A stretch of 64,000 nucleotides of DNA from Planctomycetota bacterium. GTDB taxonomy: Bacteria; Planctomycetota; UBA11346. Location of the stretch: the NCBI GenBank assembly GCA_038231435.1, contig JBBRLJ010000001.1, forward strand, positions 64,001-128,000. The letters run 5' to 3'. The translations under genes and the position numbers were made by a program. Below the pieces are notes generated by a model, which was not told where the DNA came from, did not search any database, and was given only the letters and a program-made list of their open reading frames with translations. Below are positions 9,873-20,245 of the stretch, piece after piece (the stretch's first letter is position 1; each line of letters opens with the position of its first letter).

Positions 9873-10148
9873 CCGATCCCCGTCTGGTTCCTTGCTCTGA
9901 GCCGTTTCGAATGCGGGATGACTCGGCGCTCCCACCTTCCCACCCCGGAGCGTAGACGGCGGCGAAATAACAGGCCACAAAACCGGATCCCTACGACCGG
10001 TCGAATCCCTGGACCGGTCATTATTGAAACGTTGGGCGAAGTTGGGCTGTCCATGCGCGCGCGAATGGCGACGGATCGCAGCGTGGACGCCTGGGAGCAG
10101 GTCGACGAGATCCGCAGTGCGCACGGGAATCTTGCGCGCGGCGTCCGG

Positions 10149-11018
10149 TCACATCCCCCCTCTCCGCGGGTCCAGCACGCTCTCGACCTGCGATCGCCAG
10201 CGCGCGGGGCTCGTGCCATATGCGCGCTTGAATACGCGGCTGAAGTGGAATGGGTCGGCGAAACCGACGGCGGCGGCGACCTGGTTCACGGTGCAGGTTC
10301 CGCCGATCAGGAGCTGTTGCGCGCGCTGCATGCGGCGGCTCGCGAGGTAGGCCATCGGTGGTTCGCGCATCACGGTGAGGAACAGTTCATGGAAGCGTGA
10401 TGCGGACAACCCGGCGAGCCGAGCGAGCGCCGCGCGCGAGGCCGGCTGGTCGAGGTGCTCGTCGATCCAGGTCAGCACCGGAGCGAGCCGTTGCAGGTTC
10501 GCCACCAGCGAAGCCGCGCGGGCATTCGCGGGGCAGCCGTCGATGATCAGGTCGAGCAGGCGCAGGCCGAGCGTCGTTCCGCGCACCGCGCGCTCGATCG
10601 GCGACGGTGGCGGATCGCAGCGGTGGAATTCCGCGAGCAGGGCCAGGAGGTCTCCGTAGGCCGTTCGCGGCGGAGGCCGGGCCACCGGCACGTCGAAGAG
10701 CGAGAGCACGCTCACGCCGCCGAGGATCCGGAACGAGGCGTGGCCCCAGCGCGCTACGCCGACGCCGACCTCGGTCGAGTCGATGCGGTGATGGATGTTC
10801 TCGTCCAACACGATCGCCGATCCTGGTTCGGCGACGATGGTGGGCTCGCCGCGGCGTTCGATGCGCGCGCGCAGCCCGAGGTTCTCGACCAGGGTGGTCC
10901 CGGGCAGGGAGCGCCAGCCGGTGGTGTGCGTGCCGATGCGCGTGACGTCTCCCGAGAGCCAGACCACGCGCAGCGTCGCCTCGACGAGGGTGCGCAGCTG
11001 GGTGCCGGCGTCGCTCAC
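10149..11018 (-). CDS. AraC family transcriptional regulator
   Basis: C-terminal RRMQRAQQLLIGGTCTVNQVAAAVGFADPFHFSRVFKRAYGTSPARW; divergent from the PhyH gene. Start is GTG 11018 or ATG 11066. Confidence 0.9.
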   Translation of the reverse strand: MSDAGTQLRTLVEATLRVVWLSGDVTRIGTHTTGWRSLPGTTLVENLGLRARIERRGEPTIVAEPGSAIVLDENIHHRIDSTEVGVGVARWGHASFRILGGVSVLSLFDVPVARPPPRTAYGDLLALLAEFHRCDPPPSPIERAVRGTTLGLRLLDLIIDGCPANARAASLVANLQRLAPVLTWIDEHLDQPASRAALARLAGLSASRFHELFLTVMREPPMAYLASRRMQRAQQLLIGGTCTVNQVAAAVGFADPFHFSRVFKRAYGTSPARWRSQVESVLDPRRGGM

Positions 11019-11231
11019 CGGGCACCGCCCAGGGAGCCGCGGCCACAGCGCCAGCCGCTGAACCATGCCGCCGCCGGAGTATTATCCAGGTTGGCTGGAG
11101 CGTCATCCATGGAGATTTCGGAGGAGTATCGCATATAATCACCCATGTCCGAAACGGATGAAGTCCTCACGGAGGATCGTCCATTCGGCACCCTCGGCAA
11201 CCAGCAAGCGCCCACCCGCGCAGGAGACGCC

Positions 11232-12119
11232 ATGCGCCCCACCCAGCAACAGCTGAGCTTCTTCCACCGCTTCGGCTACCTGGTCGTGCGCCAGCTGTTC
11301 GACGCACGCGAGGTGGCCGCGGTGACGCACGCCTTCGAGCGCACCATGCACGATTTCGGCACCGCGCGCGTCCATGACGGCACGCGCCGCACCGGCATCC
11401 TCGGACCGATCCAGCACATTCCCGAGATGAACGGGATACTCGACCATCCGGGGATCCTCGACCTCGCCGGCGGCATCCTCGGCGACGATTTCAACTACGC
11501 GTGCGGCGATGGCAATTATTACAGCGGCGAGACGGGATGGCACCCCGATGGCGACTGGCACCAGCTGTTCGCCTGCAAGATCCTCTTCTACCTCGATCCG
11601 CTGACGCGCGCGACCGGCGCGTTGCGCGTCATCCCCGGCAGCCATCTCCCCGACCATCCCTTGCGCGCCGGCGGCGCCAAGCCCGCCGAGCGACTGATGG
11701 CGTGGCTGAACGAGAGCGGACTCGGCCAAAGCGAGTACCCCGGCGACGTCGCCGTCGAAACCCAGCCCGGCGACATCATCATCTTCAACCACGATCTCCT
11801 GCATGCATCATTTGGCGGCGGCAAGCGCCGACGCATGTTCACCATGAACCTCACCCGCCACTGCGAGACCCCCGAGGACCTGGCCCTGCTGCGTTCGTAC
11901 GTCTCGGTCCACTCCCCCGGCGGCTATAAGCTGCCAATCGGTGGCATGTACTTCCGCCCCATCCTCGACACCGCCTCACCCGCCCGCATGCGTCATCTCG
12001 AGCAGTGCCGCGGGATCCACGACGAGCTCTTCCCGCACCTCGTCGAGCAGCAGACGCATCGGCAACAGGTCGAGAACATGCTGAAAGTCATGCATCCGGA
12101 AGCTTTGGCGGCGGTCTAG
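11232..12119 (+). CDS. Phytanoyl-CoA dioxygenase (PhyH) family Fe(II)/2-oxoglutarate dioxygenase
   Basis: RBS AGGAG; FFHRFGYLVV, WHPD (HxD), GALRVIPGSH, PGDIIIFNHDLLHAS, distal Arg. Confidence 0.9.
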   Translation: MRPTQQQLSFFHRFGYLVVRQLFDAREVAAVTHAFERTMHDFGTARVHDGTRRTGILGPIQHIPEMNGILDHPGILDLAGGILGDDFNYACGDGNYYSGETGWHPDGDWHQLFACKILFYLDPLTRATGALRVIPGSHLPDHPLRAGGAKPAERLMAWLNESGLGQSEYPGDVAVETQPGDIIIFNHDLLHASFGGGKRRRMFTMNLTRHCETPEDLALLRSYVSVHSPGGYKLPIGGMYFRPILDTASPARMRHLEQCRGIHDELFPHLVEQQTHRQQVENMLKVMHPEALAAV

Positions 12120-12132
12120 AGCGCGGCCCGGG

Positions 12133-12501
12133 TCAGATCGGCTCATCCCCCTCCTCGTCGTCGCGCTTCCTCACGGGAATGACCACATATCCGGGGATCG
12201 GCTTCCTGACCTTCCTGCCCTTCGGAGCCTGGAGCACCGCGCCCTTGGTCGGCACCGGCTTGTTGTAGCTCACCGCCTTCAGCGTCCGCTTGGCTCGGCG
12301 CTTGATCTGTTTCTTCAGGCGATCGAGCAGCCATTCGAGGATGCCGATCTCCTCATTGATGGCTGCCCAGGCGGTGGCGTCTTGGTGCTTGTCGAGCCTC
12401 TTGAGCGCGATGATTCGCACCGCGATGCGGCAATCCAAGGCCAGCGGATCCGTCGCGACCTCAGCGGGGATCTCGAAGTAGGCGCGTTGCCTGGAGGACA
12501 T
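12133..12501 (-). CDS. Hypothetical basic protein
   Basis: Protein-like composition (helical N-part, Lys/Arg-rich middle, acidic tail); no recognised family. Confidence 0.55.
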   Translation of the reverse strand: MSSRQRAYFEIPAEVATDPLALDCRIAVRIIALKRLDKHQDATAWAAINEEIGILEWLLDRLKKQIKRRAKRTLKAVSYNKPVPTKGAVLQAPKGRKVRKPIPGYVVIPVRKRDDEEGDEPI

Positions 12502-12651
12502 GGTGGCTGGTGGGTGCCGCATGCGATGGCGGCAATGGTATTCGGCGATGCGGGAAGCGTGTGCGCTATCGGCCCTCCACATCACGCCATCCGCGATCGC
12601 CCCGGCTCGGCGACCACCGGGCGCTAGGCCCGACAGCTATCCTGTGATGAC

Positions 12652-13122
12652 CTACTTGACCACCATCTCGACGACGGTCTTCAGCAGGGGTTCGTATTCC
12701 TCGATGTTCATGGGCTTGGCCAGGTACGCATCCGCGCCGAGGGCGAGGGCCTCGGCCTTTTCGCTCTCGCGTTGGGACGAACTCAGCATGAGCACCGGGA
12801 TGCCTGGAAAATTCCGCTTCAAGATCACCAGGATCTCTTTGCCGTTCATGATCGGCAGGTTCACGTCCAGGATGATGAGGTCGGGTCTGATCCGTGCCTG
12901 GTATGCCGCGGCGCAGCCCACCCGGTCGATGATGGCCTGGCCGGTACTGAGATCGGGCATCAGTTCCAGGGCGATCGGCAGCGGCTGTCCTAAGCAGCCG
13001 TCCTTGAGGCTCTCCCTCAAGAGGACGAAATCTCCGTCGTTGTCATCGATGACCAGGACCAGCGGCGGGACCGGCTCTGGGACGATCGGAGATGGAGCTG
13101 CATCGGGCATGTAGGCTCCCAC
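12652..13122 (-). CDS. Single-domain response regulator (Rcp1/CheY-like receiver)
   Basis: VLVIDDNDGD, PDLIILDVNLP (phospho-Asp), MLSSS, GADAYLAKP; no cognate kinase nearby. Confidence 0.9.
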   Translation of the reverse strand: MGAYMPDAAPSPIVPEPVPPLVLVIDDNDGDFVLLRESLKDGCLGQPLPIALELMPDLSTGQAIIDRVGCAAAYQARIRPDLIILDVNLPIMNGKEILVILKRNFPGIPVLMLSSSQRESEKAEALALGADAYLAKPMNIEEYEPLLKTVVEMVVK

Positions 13123-13295
13123 AGATTAGAGTATAACCTGAAGGATATCAAGTTGAGGATAGGCTGCCGACCTACGCTGCTGTTCTTTGTTTTTTCTGTC
13201 AGAGGTACCGCCACGCATCTGGATACCGGGCTGATGACACGGTCAGTGCGAGGGATCGGGCGGTCGCTGCAGCCACTGGACAGTTCGACCGCCTA

Positions 13296-14144
13296 TCAGC
13301 CTTTCCGGAATTCCCTCGGCCCCATCCCATCACTGCGCCGCAGGCAACGCGCCAGGTGATGACGCGACGCATACCCGCAGCGCGATGCGATCATCGCCGC
13401 ATCCCCATCCGTTTCACGCAACAGCACCCGCGCCAATGCCAACCGCCGCATCGCCAGCCAGCGACCCGGTTCATCTCCGGTGCGCTCCTGGAACCGGCGC
13501 GTGAGGTGTTCCCGGCTGATCCCGAAACTCGCCGCGAGCGACTTGATCGATGCCGCCTCGTGCGGCGCAGCCAAGAGCGCGTCCACCGCACGGTCTCCGG
13601 CGGCGCGTGGGGCGTCACCCCCGGCGCTGCAAGCGGCGGCGATGCGCAGCACCAGCGCGTGCACGCCCGCCGCTTCGTCGAACGGATGCGGACGCTGCTG
13701 ACGCCGACCGAGCGCGCCGAGGCGCCCGATCTCGAGGGCAAGGCCGCGAGCGGTCACGGCGTCGACCCGGATCAGGTCTCCATAGGTCCCCTCCAATGAC
13801 TGCCAGTGCTCGCTCAGACCGGCCCCCGACAATTCGATCCACCACGAGTCGTAGGGTGTATGTGGGATGCTCCGCCACCCGTAGATCAGTGGTTGGCCGG
13901 TGCGCATGAGCAGCAGCGTGCCCGGGTCCGCAAGACGTTCTCGTCCTGGCGATTGAAGCGGTAAAGAGCCACCGATGGTGAGCTGGGCGATGACATTGCG
14001 GCGCGTGCGCGCGCCGTTGTCCCACCAGTAGCCCTGGCGTGCGGGAATGGCGCTCCGCCCGCCGTCGAAGACGCGCCAGAAGGCGTCGCCCACGTTCGCG
14101 GACTGCGGACCGGTACGGGCGCGAGAGATCACCGGTGAGGTCAC
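13296..14144 (-). CDS. AraC family transcriptional regulator
   Basis: C-terminal HTH (LAASFGISREHLTRRF...IASRCGYASRHHLARCLRRSDGMGPREFR). The 5' part of the 516-aa track ORF is a shadow of the opposite gene; likely start GTG 14144. Confidence 0.85.
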   Translation of the reverse strand: MTSPVISRARTGPQSANVGDAFWRVFDGGRSAIPARQGYWWDNGARTRRNVIAQLTIGGSLPLQSPGRERLADPGTLLLMRTGQPLIYGWRSIPHTPYDSWWIELSGAGLSEHWQSLEGTYGDLIRVDAVTARGLALEIGRLGALGRRQQRPHPFDEAAGVHALVLRIAAACSAGGDAPRAAGDRAVDALLAAPHEAASIKSLAASFGISREHLTRRFQERTGDEPGRWLAMRRLALARVLLRETDGDAAMIASRCGYASRHHLARCLRRSDGMGPREFRKG

Positions 14145-14210
14145 GATAAGTCCACTCCAATGACAGCTTGACCAGCGGCGGACTGGGCGCCACTGGCGAT
14201 GCTGCCGGCC

Positions 14211-16265
14211 ATGGACCACGCCATCTCCGCCGGCGACATCGAACGCGCCACCTTCGACCCCACCGTGCCGCCGCTGCATCTGGGCAGCGGACGCTGCGGC
14301 GCGTGCTTCGATGCCTGGGGCCTGCAGGGCGGTGGCGGGCTGGGGCCGCCAGCCGCGGCCGGCGCCACGGTGATCGAGCACAAGGACCACTGGAGCCGCG
14401 ACGTCTGGGGCAAGGACCAGTGGTTGCCGCTGACCCGCCTGGGGTGGGACACCGACCCGGGCACCCCACGTGCGTGGCGCCAGCGCCTGACCCTCGGCGA
14501 CGCGGTGCTCGCCACCGATGCTGAGGGCGAGGGCTGGTCGTGGTCGGTGCGGGCATGGTTCCACCCCGATCAGCGCGACGTACTCGCGCTGCGCATCCGC
14601 TGCGCTGGTGGCGCAGGTAGCCAAGGTGGTAAGCTCCCAGCGCTGGTGCTCGCGCCCGACGTGGGATCGCCGCCGGCGCGCGCCACCTGGCGGATCCTCG
14701 ACACCGGCGAGCGGAGCTGGTCCGCGCGCGTGCGCTGCCCTGGCGGCGCCGACAGCCTGGTGGCACTGCGCATCGTCGGCGTGGCTCCCGCGAGCGTGAC
14801 CAGCGATGCGCGCGGTGCGCGCATCGAACTCGGCGACGGCGAACATCTGCTGCTGATCGGCTGCGGCGCCATCGCCCGCGCGGGGACGATCCAGCAGGCG
14901 CTGGCCGCGGTGGATCCGGCCTCATGGGCCGACTCGGCCGCGGCGGCGTGGGCGCGGCGCTGGGGAGACGCGCGCCTCGAGCTGCCCGATCCGGCGTTGC
15001 AGGCGTGCTGGGCGCGCTCGCTGTTCTGGCAGTTCTGCGGCAACGCCCCCGAGCAGTCGGCACCCGCGCCGCCGTGCGGCCTCACCGGCACGATGTGGCG
15101 CTTCCCCTTCCCCCAGGATCTGTCCTACATCCACCCGGCCCTGCTGCGCGCCGGTCACGCAGACCTGGTCGCGGGCTGGGTCGAACACTTCCGCTCGCAC
15201 CTCGCCTGGCAGGAGGACGTTACCAAGCGCATCTACCGGCGTGCCAGCGACGGCGTTCCGGCTGCTGGCGCGATGTGGGCGTGGGAATTCCCCATCGGCC
15301 CTGGAGCGGACATGCTCGCGCACGGAACGCCGAACTGGTACCAGTTCGAGATCCACAATGCGCACTACCCCGCGCGCATGGCCTGGGATTGCGCGCGCCA
15401 TCGCCGCGATCCCGCATGGACAGAGGCGATCGCGTGGCCGGTGATCCGCGCCTCGGCGCGCTTCTTCGCCTCGGTGCTCGAGCGCGGCGCCGATGGTTTG
15501 TGGGGCATCCACGTGCTGCCATCGAGCGGGCAGGACGAGTACGGCGGCAATGCCAACGACGCGCCCGACTACCTGTGCGCGCTCTATGCGGCGCGCGCGT
15601 GCCTGCGCACCGCGCTCGCCTGCGCCGAGCAGGTTGGCGACCGGCAGACCGAGCACGCCCAGTGGCGGTCGGTGCTCGCGGATGGCCTGGCCTTCGAGCG
15701 GCTGCGCCACGCCCCGACCGGGCTGCTGGTCGCGAACGCGCGCATGACCGGCGGCGCGGCCTTCGGGCATCAGAAGCATCCGATCCAGCTCCAGCCGCTG
15801 ATCTTCAGCCCGATACCAGCGCGCTTCCATGACCGTGCCGATGCCGACGCCGTACGCGCCTATGAACACGCCGACACGCTCTGCGATCGCGGACCCGAGC
15901 GCCCACGCTTCAGCTGGGGCTGGACGAGCCCTGCCCTGTGGGCCGCCGCGTCACGGCTCGGCCGCGGCGAGGATCTGGGTGCGATGCTGGCCGGCCCAGA
16001 ACTCGACCGGCTCCTCGACCGAGGCGGCGCCTCGCTGCGCGAGTCCACCGTGCCGGGCGAGAACGGCTACTACCTCACCAATCACGGTCTCTTCCTGCAG
16101 GCCGTGCAAGACGCGTGCGTCGACGACACCTTCGGCGAGGTGCGCATCGCGGGCGCGCTGCCCGAGTCCTGGCGTGGCGCCACCTGGCGCGGTCTGCGCA
16201 CCGCCGATGGCGGCAGTCACGACGGCACGTGGAACGGCGCGCAGCGGATGCGGTCGCGCGCGTAG
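14211..16265 (+). CDS. Putative (alpha/alpha)6-barrel glycoside hydrolase (GH95/GH65-like)
   Basis: About 684 aa; PPCGLTGTMW..FPQDLSYI, GAMWAWE, WPVIRASARFF, SSGQDEY, and a C-terminal ALPESWRGATWRGLRT typical of GH95/65-like proteins; divergent from an AraC gene. Confidence 0.6.
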   Translation: MDHAISAGDIERATFDPTVPPLHLGSGRCGACFDAWGLQGGGGLGPPAAAGATVIEHKDHWSRDVWGKDQWLPLTRLGWDTDPGTPRAWRQRLTLGDAVLATDAEGEGWSWSVRAWFHPDQRDVLALRIRCAGGAGSQGGKLPALVLAPDVGSPPARATWRILDTGERSWSARVRCPGGADSLVALRIVGVAPASVTSDARGARIELGDGEHLLLIGCGAIARAGTIQQALAAVDPASWADSAAAAWARRWGDARLELPDPALQACWARSLFWQFCGNAPEQSAPAPPCGLTGTMWRFPFPQDLSYIHPALLRAGHADLVAGWVEHFRSHLAWQEDVTKRIYRRASDGVPAAGAMWAWEFPIGPGADMLAHGTPNWYQFEIHNAHYPARMAWDCARHRRDPAWTEAIAWPVIRASARFFASVLERGADGLWGIHVLPSSGQDEYGGNANDAPDYLCALYAARACLRTALACAEQVGDRQTEHAQWRSVLADGLAFERLRHAPTGLLVANARMTGGAAFGHQKHPIQLQPLIFSPIPARFHDRADADAVRAYEHADTLCDRGPERPRFSWGWTSPALWAAASRLGRGEDLGAMLAGPELDRLLDRGGASLRESTVPGENGYYLTNHGLFLQAVQDACVDDTFGEVRIAGALPESWRGATWRGLRTADGGSHDGTWNGAQRMRSRA

Positions 16266-16440
16266 AGAGCGGGAAGGAGAGAGCGTGCGGGACCATCGCC
16301 ACGAGGAGGAATGGAAAACGGCGATCAGCGCTCTTCTCTATTGTCTCCCGTAACACGCCCCACGCCGACCTCCGCCATTGGCTAGATCGCAGCGGACGGC
16401 ATGATGCCACGCACGTCGACGGATGGAGGATCCAGAGCGC

Positions 16441-16893
16441 ATGAAAAATCTCTTCGAAGCCGCGCGGGTCGCCGAAGTGAAGGAGCGCATGGCGCGGCTG
16501 ACATCGGACAGCCAGCGGCAATGGGGCACGATGACTCCAGCGCAGGCGCTGGCGCATTGCTCCGGCGGGATGGGGATGGCCCTGGGCGAGACCGTTCCGC
16601 CGCGCTTGCTGATCGGGCGGATCATCGGCTGGATGGTGAAACCGTTGGCGCTCGGCAACGACGCACCGATGCGCCGGAATTCGCCGACGGTGAAGGATCT
16701 GATGATCAGGGACCAACGCGACCTGGGAACGGAACGGGAACGGTTGATTGGAATGATCGACCGCTTCGCCGCCGCCGGACCGGCGGGGTGCACCACGCAT
16801 CCGCACAGCTTCTTCGGCCGGCTGACACCGGACGAATGGGCGGAGCTCATGTACAAGCATATCGATCATCATCTGCGCCAGTTCGGCGTATAG
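16441..16893 (+). CDS. DUF1569 / DinB-like protein
   Basis: MKNLF..RQWGTMTPAQALAHC...HPHSFFGRLTPDEWAELMYKHIDHHLRQFGV signature. Confidence 0.85.
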   Translation: MKNLFEAARVAEVKERMARLTSDSQRQWGTMTPAQALAHCSGGMGMALGETVPPRLLIGRIIGWMVKPLALGNDAPMRRNSPTVKDLMIRDQRDLGTERERLIGMIDRFAAAGPAGCTTHPHSFFGRLTPDEWAELMYKHIDHHLRQFGV

Positions 16894-16980
16894 GGCCGAC
16901 CGTCCCGCGCGCGCTATCCAGCCCGCATCCTGCCCTCATCACACCATCGAGCACGCCGTCCCGATTCCCTCGGAGATCCC

Positions 16981-18996
16981 ATGCGCGTCTTCCTGCTCTT
17001 GGTGTCGGTCCTCGCCAGCAATGCCGCAAACGCCTCCGACGCCGCGAAAGCCGGAGATGCCGCTGGCGAGGTCACCCAGCCCATCGACGAACGCGCGGTG
17101 CTCCGCCGGCTTCCGGTCGACCATGGCTGGCTCGACGTCGTGGGCGATCTCGGCGTGCCGGCGCGGGGCTGGACGCGCATCGACCACTTCGCCGCCGCGC
17201 CCGAGCTGCTCGTCGCCGATGAAGTCGACGGGCGCCACTGGCGCGGCACGATGCTCGACGGTCGCCTGCGCGTGCGCCAGACGCTGTCGCGCGAGGGACG
17301 CGAGGGCACAGGAGGAGATGCATTGCGCATCACCCTCGAGGTCGACGAATCCAGCGACCCCGCGGCGCCAGGCGCGGCCGACCACGAACCCGTGCAATGG
17401 ATGCTCGACTTGCCCACGGCAGCCTGGGCCGGCGGCACCTGGCGCGTCGATGATCGTTCGGGGACGCTGCCGGCGACGCTCCACGAGGGCTCGCCGCACC
17501 TCGACTCGCGCGGCGGTTCGCGCATCGAGCTCGGCACCGCCGATGGCACGTCCGGCGTGGTCGTCAGGCTGCCTGCCGGTTCCGCCGCGCTGCTCCAGGA
17601 CGGACGCGGCTGGGGGAACTCGTTCAACCTGTACCTGCCACTGGCGCGCGGCGCCGATGGTCGGTGGTCGCTGTCGTTCACGATCGCGGCCACCGGCACC
17701 ATCGATCACGCGCCCGCCGCCATCGTGGTCGGCGCGGCTGGCGTGGCTGGCGCGACTCATGACGAGCGCATCGCCGGTCTCGGCGGCAACTGGTGCTTCG
17801 ACATCGATGGGCCGACCACTGTGCGCAGTCGCGCGCTGCTGCGCTCGGGCTGGGCGCGTACCGAGATGGACCTGTCGCGCCTGCCGGAGCCGCAAGCCGA
17901 TGCCGAGCCGGCCGCGTGGGCCACGGAGGCGCTGGCAGCGCTCGATGGTGCGCATGGCGAAGCGGCCGATCGCGAACACCTCGCGCTGACCGGCGCGTTC
18001 GCCGGCGAGCACGTCACGGTGCTGACCTCGCTGTGGCGGGCACCCGATTGGATGCTGGAACCGCCAGTACGCGAATCCGGCAACCACATCGCCGCCGAGC
18101 GCTGGCGCTGGTTCACCGCCGCTGCCACGGCGTGGCTCGCGCGGGCGCGCGCTCACGGAGGCGAGCCGGCCTACTTCGCCTTCAACGAGCCCGATTGGGG
18201 CGTACGCATCAAGCTGACGCCCGTGGAACAGCGCGACGCGATCGTGCGACTCGGCGCCGCGTTCGCAGCCGCCGGGCTGCGCACCCGGCTCGCGGCTGGC
18301 GATATCACCAACGCCCGCGACACCATCGCCTACGTGCGCCCGTCGGTCGAGGATGCCCAGGCACGCCGGTACATCGGCTGCATCGCCGTGCACTCGTGGG
18401 GCGGCGCCACGCCCGCGCAGTGGGGCGCGTGGCGCGCATACGCTACCGGGCGCCAGCTGCCCTTGGTGATCTCGGAGGTCGGCCCCGACGCCGAGGCCTG
18501 GCGCTACGGAGCATTCCGAGCGCGCCGTTACCAGGTGGCTGAGGCCGAGCATCTGCTGGGGATCCTGCGCGACGCGCGCCCCGACGCGGCGCTGCGCTGG
18601 GAATTCACCGGCGACTACGATCCGTTCGACGGCGAACGCCCGACCATGCGCTACAGCGTGTGGCGCTGGGCGATCGCGGCGCTGCCGGTGGACGCGGCCT
18701 ACCGCGCGTGCTCCAGCGATCGCGAGCGCGTGCTGGCGGTCGCAGCGACGGTCGGCGACGGCGGTTCGCTGCTGCTCGTCAACACCGGCTGGCGTCGGGC
18801 GGCGCGGATCTCCGGCCTGCCGCGCGGCTCGTATCATGCGGCGATGGCGACCCCCGAGGCGCCGTGGTCGCGGCTGCCGGATGTCACGATCGCAGGGGTC
18901 ACCGGGGATGCGACGACGCTCGATCTGCCGGCCGACGCCTTCGTCGTGCTCACCACGGCGGCGCTGCCCGCAACGTGGGACGAACCGGCACACTGA
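16981..18996 (+). CDS. Secreted clan GH-A glycoside hydrolase (GH30/GH59-like) with an extra N-terminal domain
   Basis: Signal peptide; SLWRAPDWM, FAFNEPDWG (acid/base), IAVHSW, PLVISEVG (nucleophile); C-terminal beta-sandwich. Confidence 0.65.
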   Translation: MRVFLLLVSVLASNAANASDAAKAGDAAGEVTQPIDERAVLRRLPVDHGWLDVVGDLGVPARGWTRIDHFAAAPELLVADEVDGRHWRGTMLDGRLRVRQTLSREGREGTGGDALRITLEVDESSDPAAPGAADHEPVQWMLDLPTAAWAGGTWRVDDRSGTLPATLHEGSPHLDSRGGSRIELGTADGTSGVVVRLPAGSAALLQDGRGWGNSFNLYLPLARGADGRWSLSFTIAATGTIDHAPAAIVVGAAGVAGATHDERIAGLGGNWCFDIDGPTTVRSRALLRSGWARTEMDLSRLPEPQADAEPAAWATEALAALDGAHGEAADREHLALTGAFAGEHVTVLTSLWRAPDWMLEPPVRESGNHIAAERWRWFTAAATAWLARARAHGGEPAYFAFNEPDWGVRIKLTPVEQRDAIVRLGAAFAAAGLRTRLAAGDITNARDTIAYVRPSVEDAQARRYIGCIAVHSWGGATPAQWGAWRAYATGRQLPLVISEVGPDAEAWRYGAFRARRYQVAEAEHLLGILRDARPDAALRWEFTGDYDPFDGERPTMRYSVWRWAIAALPVDAAYRACSSDRERVLAVAATVGDGGSLLLVNTGWRRAARISGLPRGSYHAAMATPEAPWSRLPDVTIAGVTGDATTLDLPADAFVVLTTAALPATWDEPAH

Positions 18997-19251
18997 GGTC
19001 TTACCTGTTCGTCGCGCCTTCGACGACCCCCGACGTCCCTGGCTGAATCACAGGGCCCATCATCCGGATCCAGGCACGTAGCGCCCCCTGCCTGCTCGCC
19101 ATCCGTGCCCGACTTTCGTCGCTACATCCTTTCCCATCGAGCGATGCCGACGCCGAGCCCCCTCCTTCGATGTAGCGGTGGACCTGTCGCCGGAAGCGTG
19201 CTCCCCAGGCCCTCTCTTCCCACGCCGCCACTTCCGCTAGTGTGCCCTGCC

Positions 19252-20208
19252 ATGAAACCCGCACACGCCGCCACCTCCACCTACCGCTTCATCCACGACC
19301 ACTTCAAGCTCCCGGCGGGTTTCCCCCTCGGTGATTGCCATGGGCTGGCCGTCGACAAGCGCGACCACGTATTCCTCCTCCAGCAGAACGGCGACGACAC
19401 GCATCCCGCGATCTGCGAGTTCGATCCGCAGGGCACGTTCGTCCGCGGCTGGGGGAACAAGGTCGCGCGCGGCGCCCACGGCCTGGCGTACGATAAGCGC
19501 GGCGACCAGGAATTCCTCTACGTCATCGATTACGAGAACGGCGGCATCATGGTGAAGTGCTCGCTCGACGGCAAGGAGCTGCTCGAGATCAAGGGCGCCC
19601 CCAAGCACGCCGCGTATCCGAATGGCAATGGCTACCGCCCAACCGACGTCGCCGTCGCCCCCAACGGCGACATCTACATCACCGACGGCTACGGCGCGTC
19701 GCTGATCCACCGCTACGACGCTGCCGGCAAGTATCAGCAGACCATCGGCTGGAAGGGTAATGGCCCCGGCCAGTTCGACTGCCCGCACGGCATCTGTGTC
19801 GACGCGCGCGGTTCCGAGCCGGTGCTGCTGGTCGCCGACCGCGCCAACGTGCGCGTGCAGGTGCTGTCGCTCACCGGCGAGCACAAGCAGACCATCATCT
19901 CACGCGGCCTGCGCTACCCGTGCACCGTGCGCGTGGCGGGCGACCTCACCATCATCCCCGACCTCTTCGGCGCCGCGCTCGTGTGGGACAAGGAGTACAA
20001 GCACGTCGCCACGCTCGGCGCCCATCCAGACATGCGCCCCGGCCAGTGGCCGAGCCATGTCGCCGGCTACCCCAGCGTGCCGCGCGAGGACCGCATCGAC
20101 GGGCGCTTCATCAGCCCGCACGGGATCACCGCCGATTCGAAGGGCAACATCTACGTCGGCGAATGGCTGCGCGATGGCGGCCGCCTGACCAAGCTCAGTC
20201 CAGCCTGA
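19252..20208 (+). CDS. NHL-repeat beta-propeller protein (peptidyl-alpha-hydroxyglycine lyase-like)
   Basis: Repeats CHGLAVD, AHGLAYD, PTDVAVAPNGDIYITDGYG, FDCPHGICVD, LLVADRAN, FISPHGITADSKGNIYVGEW. Confidence 0.85.
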   Translation: MKPAHAATSTYRFIHDHFKLPAGFPLGDCHGLAVDKRDHVFLLQQNGDDTHPAICEFDPQGTFVRGWGNKVARGAHGLAYDKRGDQEFLYVIDYENGGIMVKCSLDGKELLEIKGAPKHAAYPNGNGYRPTDVAVAPNGDIYITDGYGASLIHRYDAAGKYQQTIGWKGNGPGQFDCPHGICVDARGSEPVLLVADRANVRVQVLSLTGEHKQTIISRGLRYPCTVRVAGDLTIIPDLFGAALVWDKEYKHVATLGAHPDMRPGQWPSHVAGYPSVPREDRIDGRFISPHGITADSKGNIYVGEWLRDGGRLTKLSPA

Positions 20209-20245
20209 GCTCGTCCAATCCTGGATCGACGACCGCTGCCTCACC

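Noticed and set aside
16939..18993. Long antisense or alternative-frame ORFs (also 1494-3002, 22501-24114, 29637-31091, 59103-60899 and many others)
   Set aside because: Arg/Gly/Pro-rich shadow ORFs of well-supported genes, as expected at this GC content.
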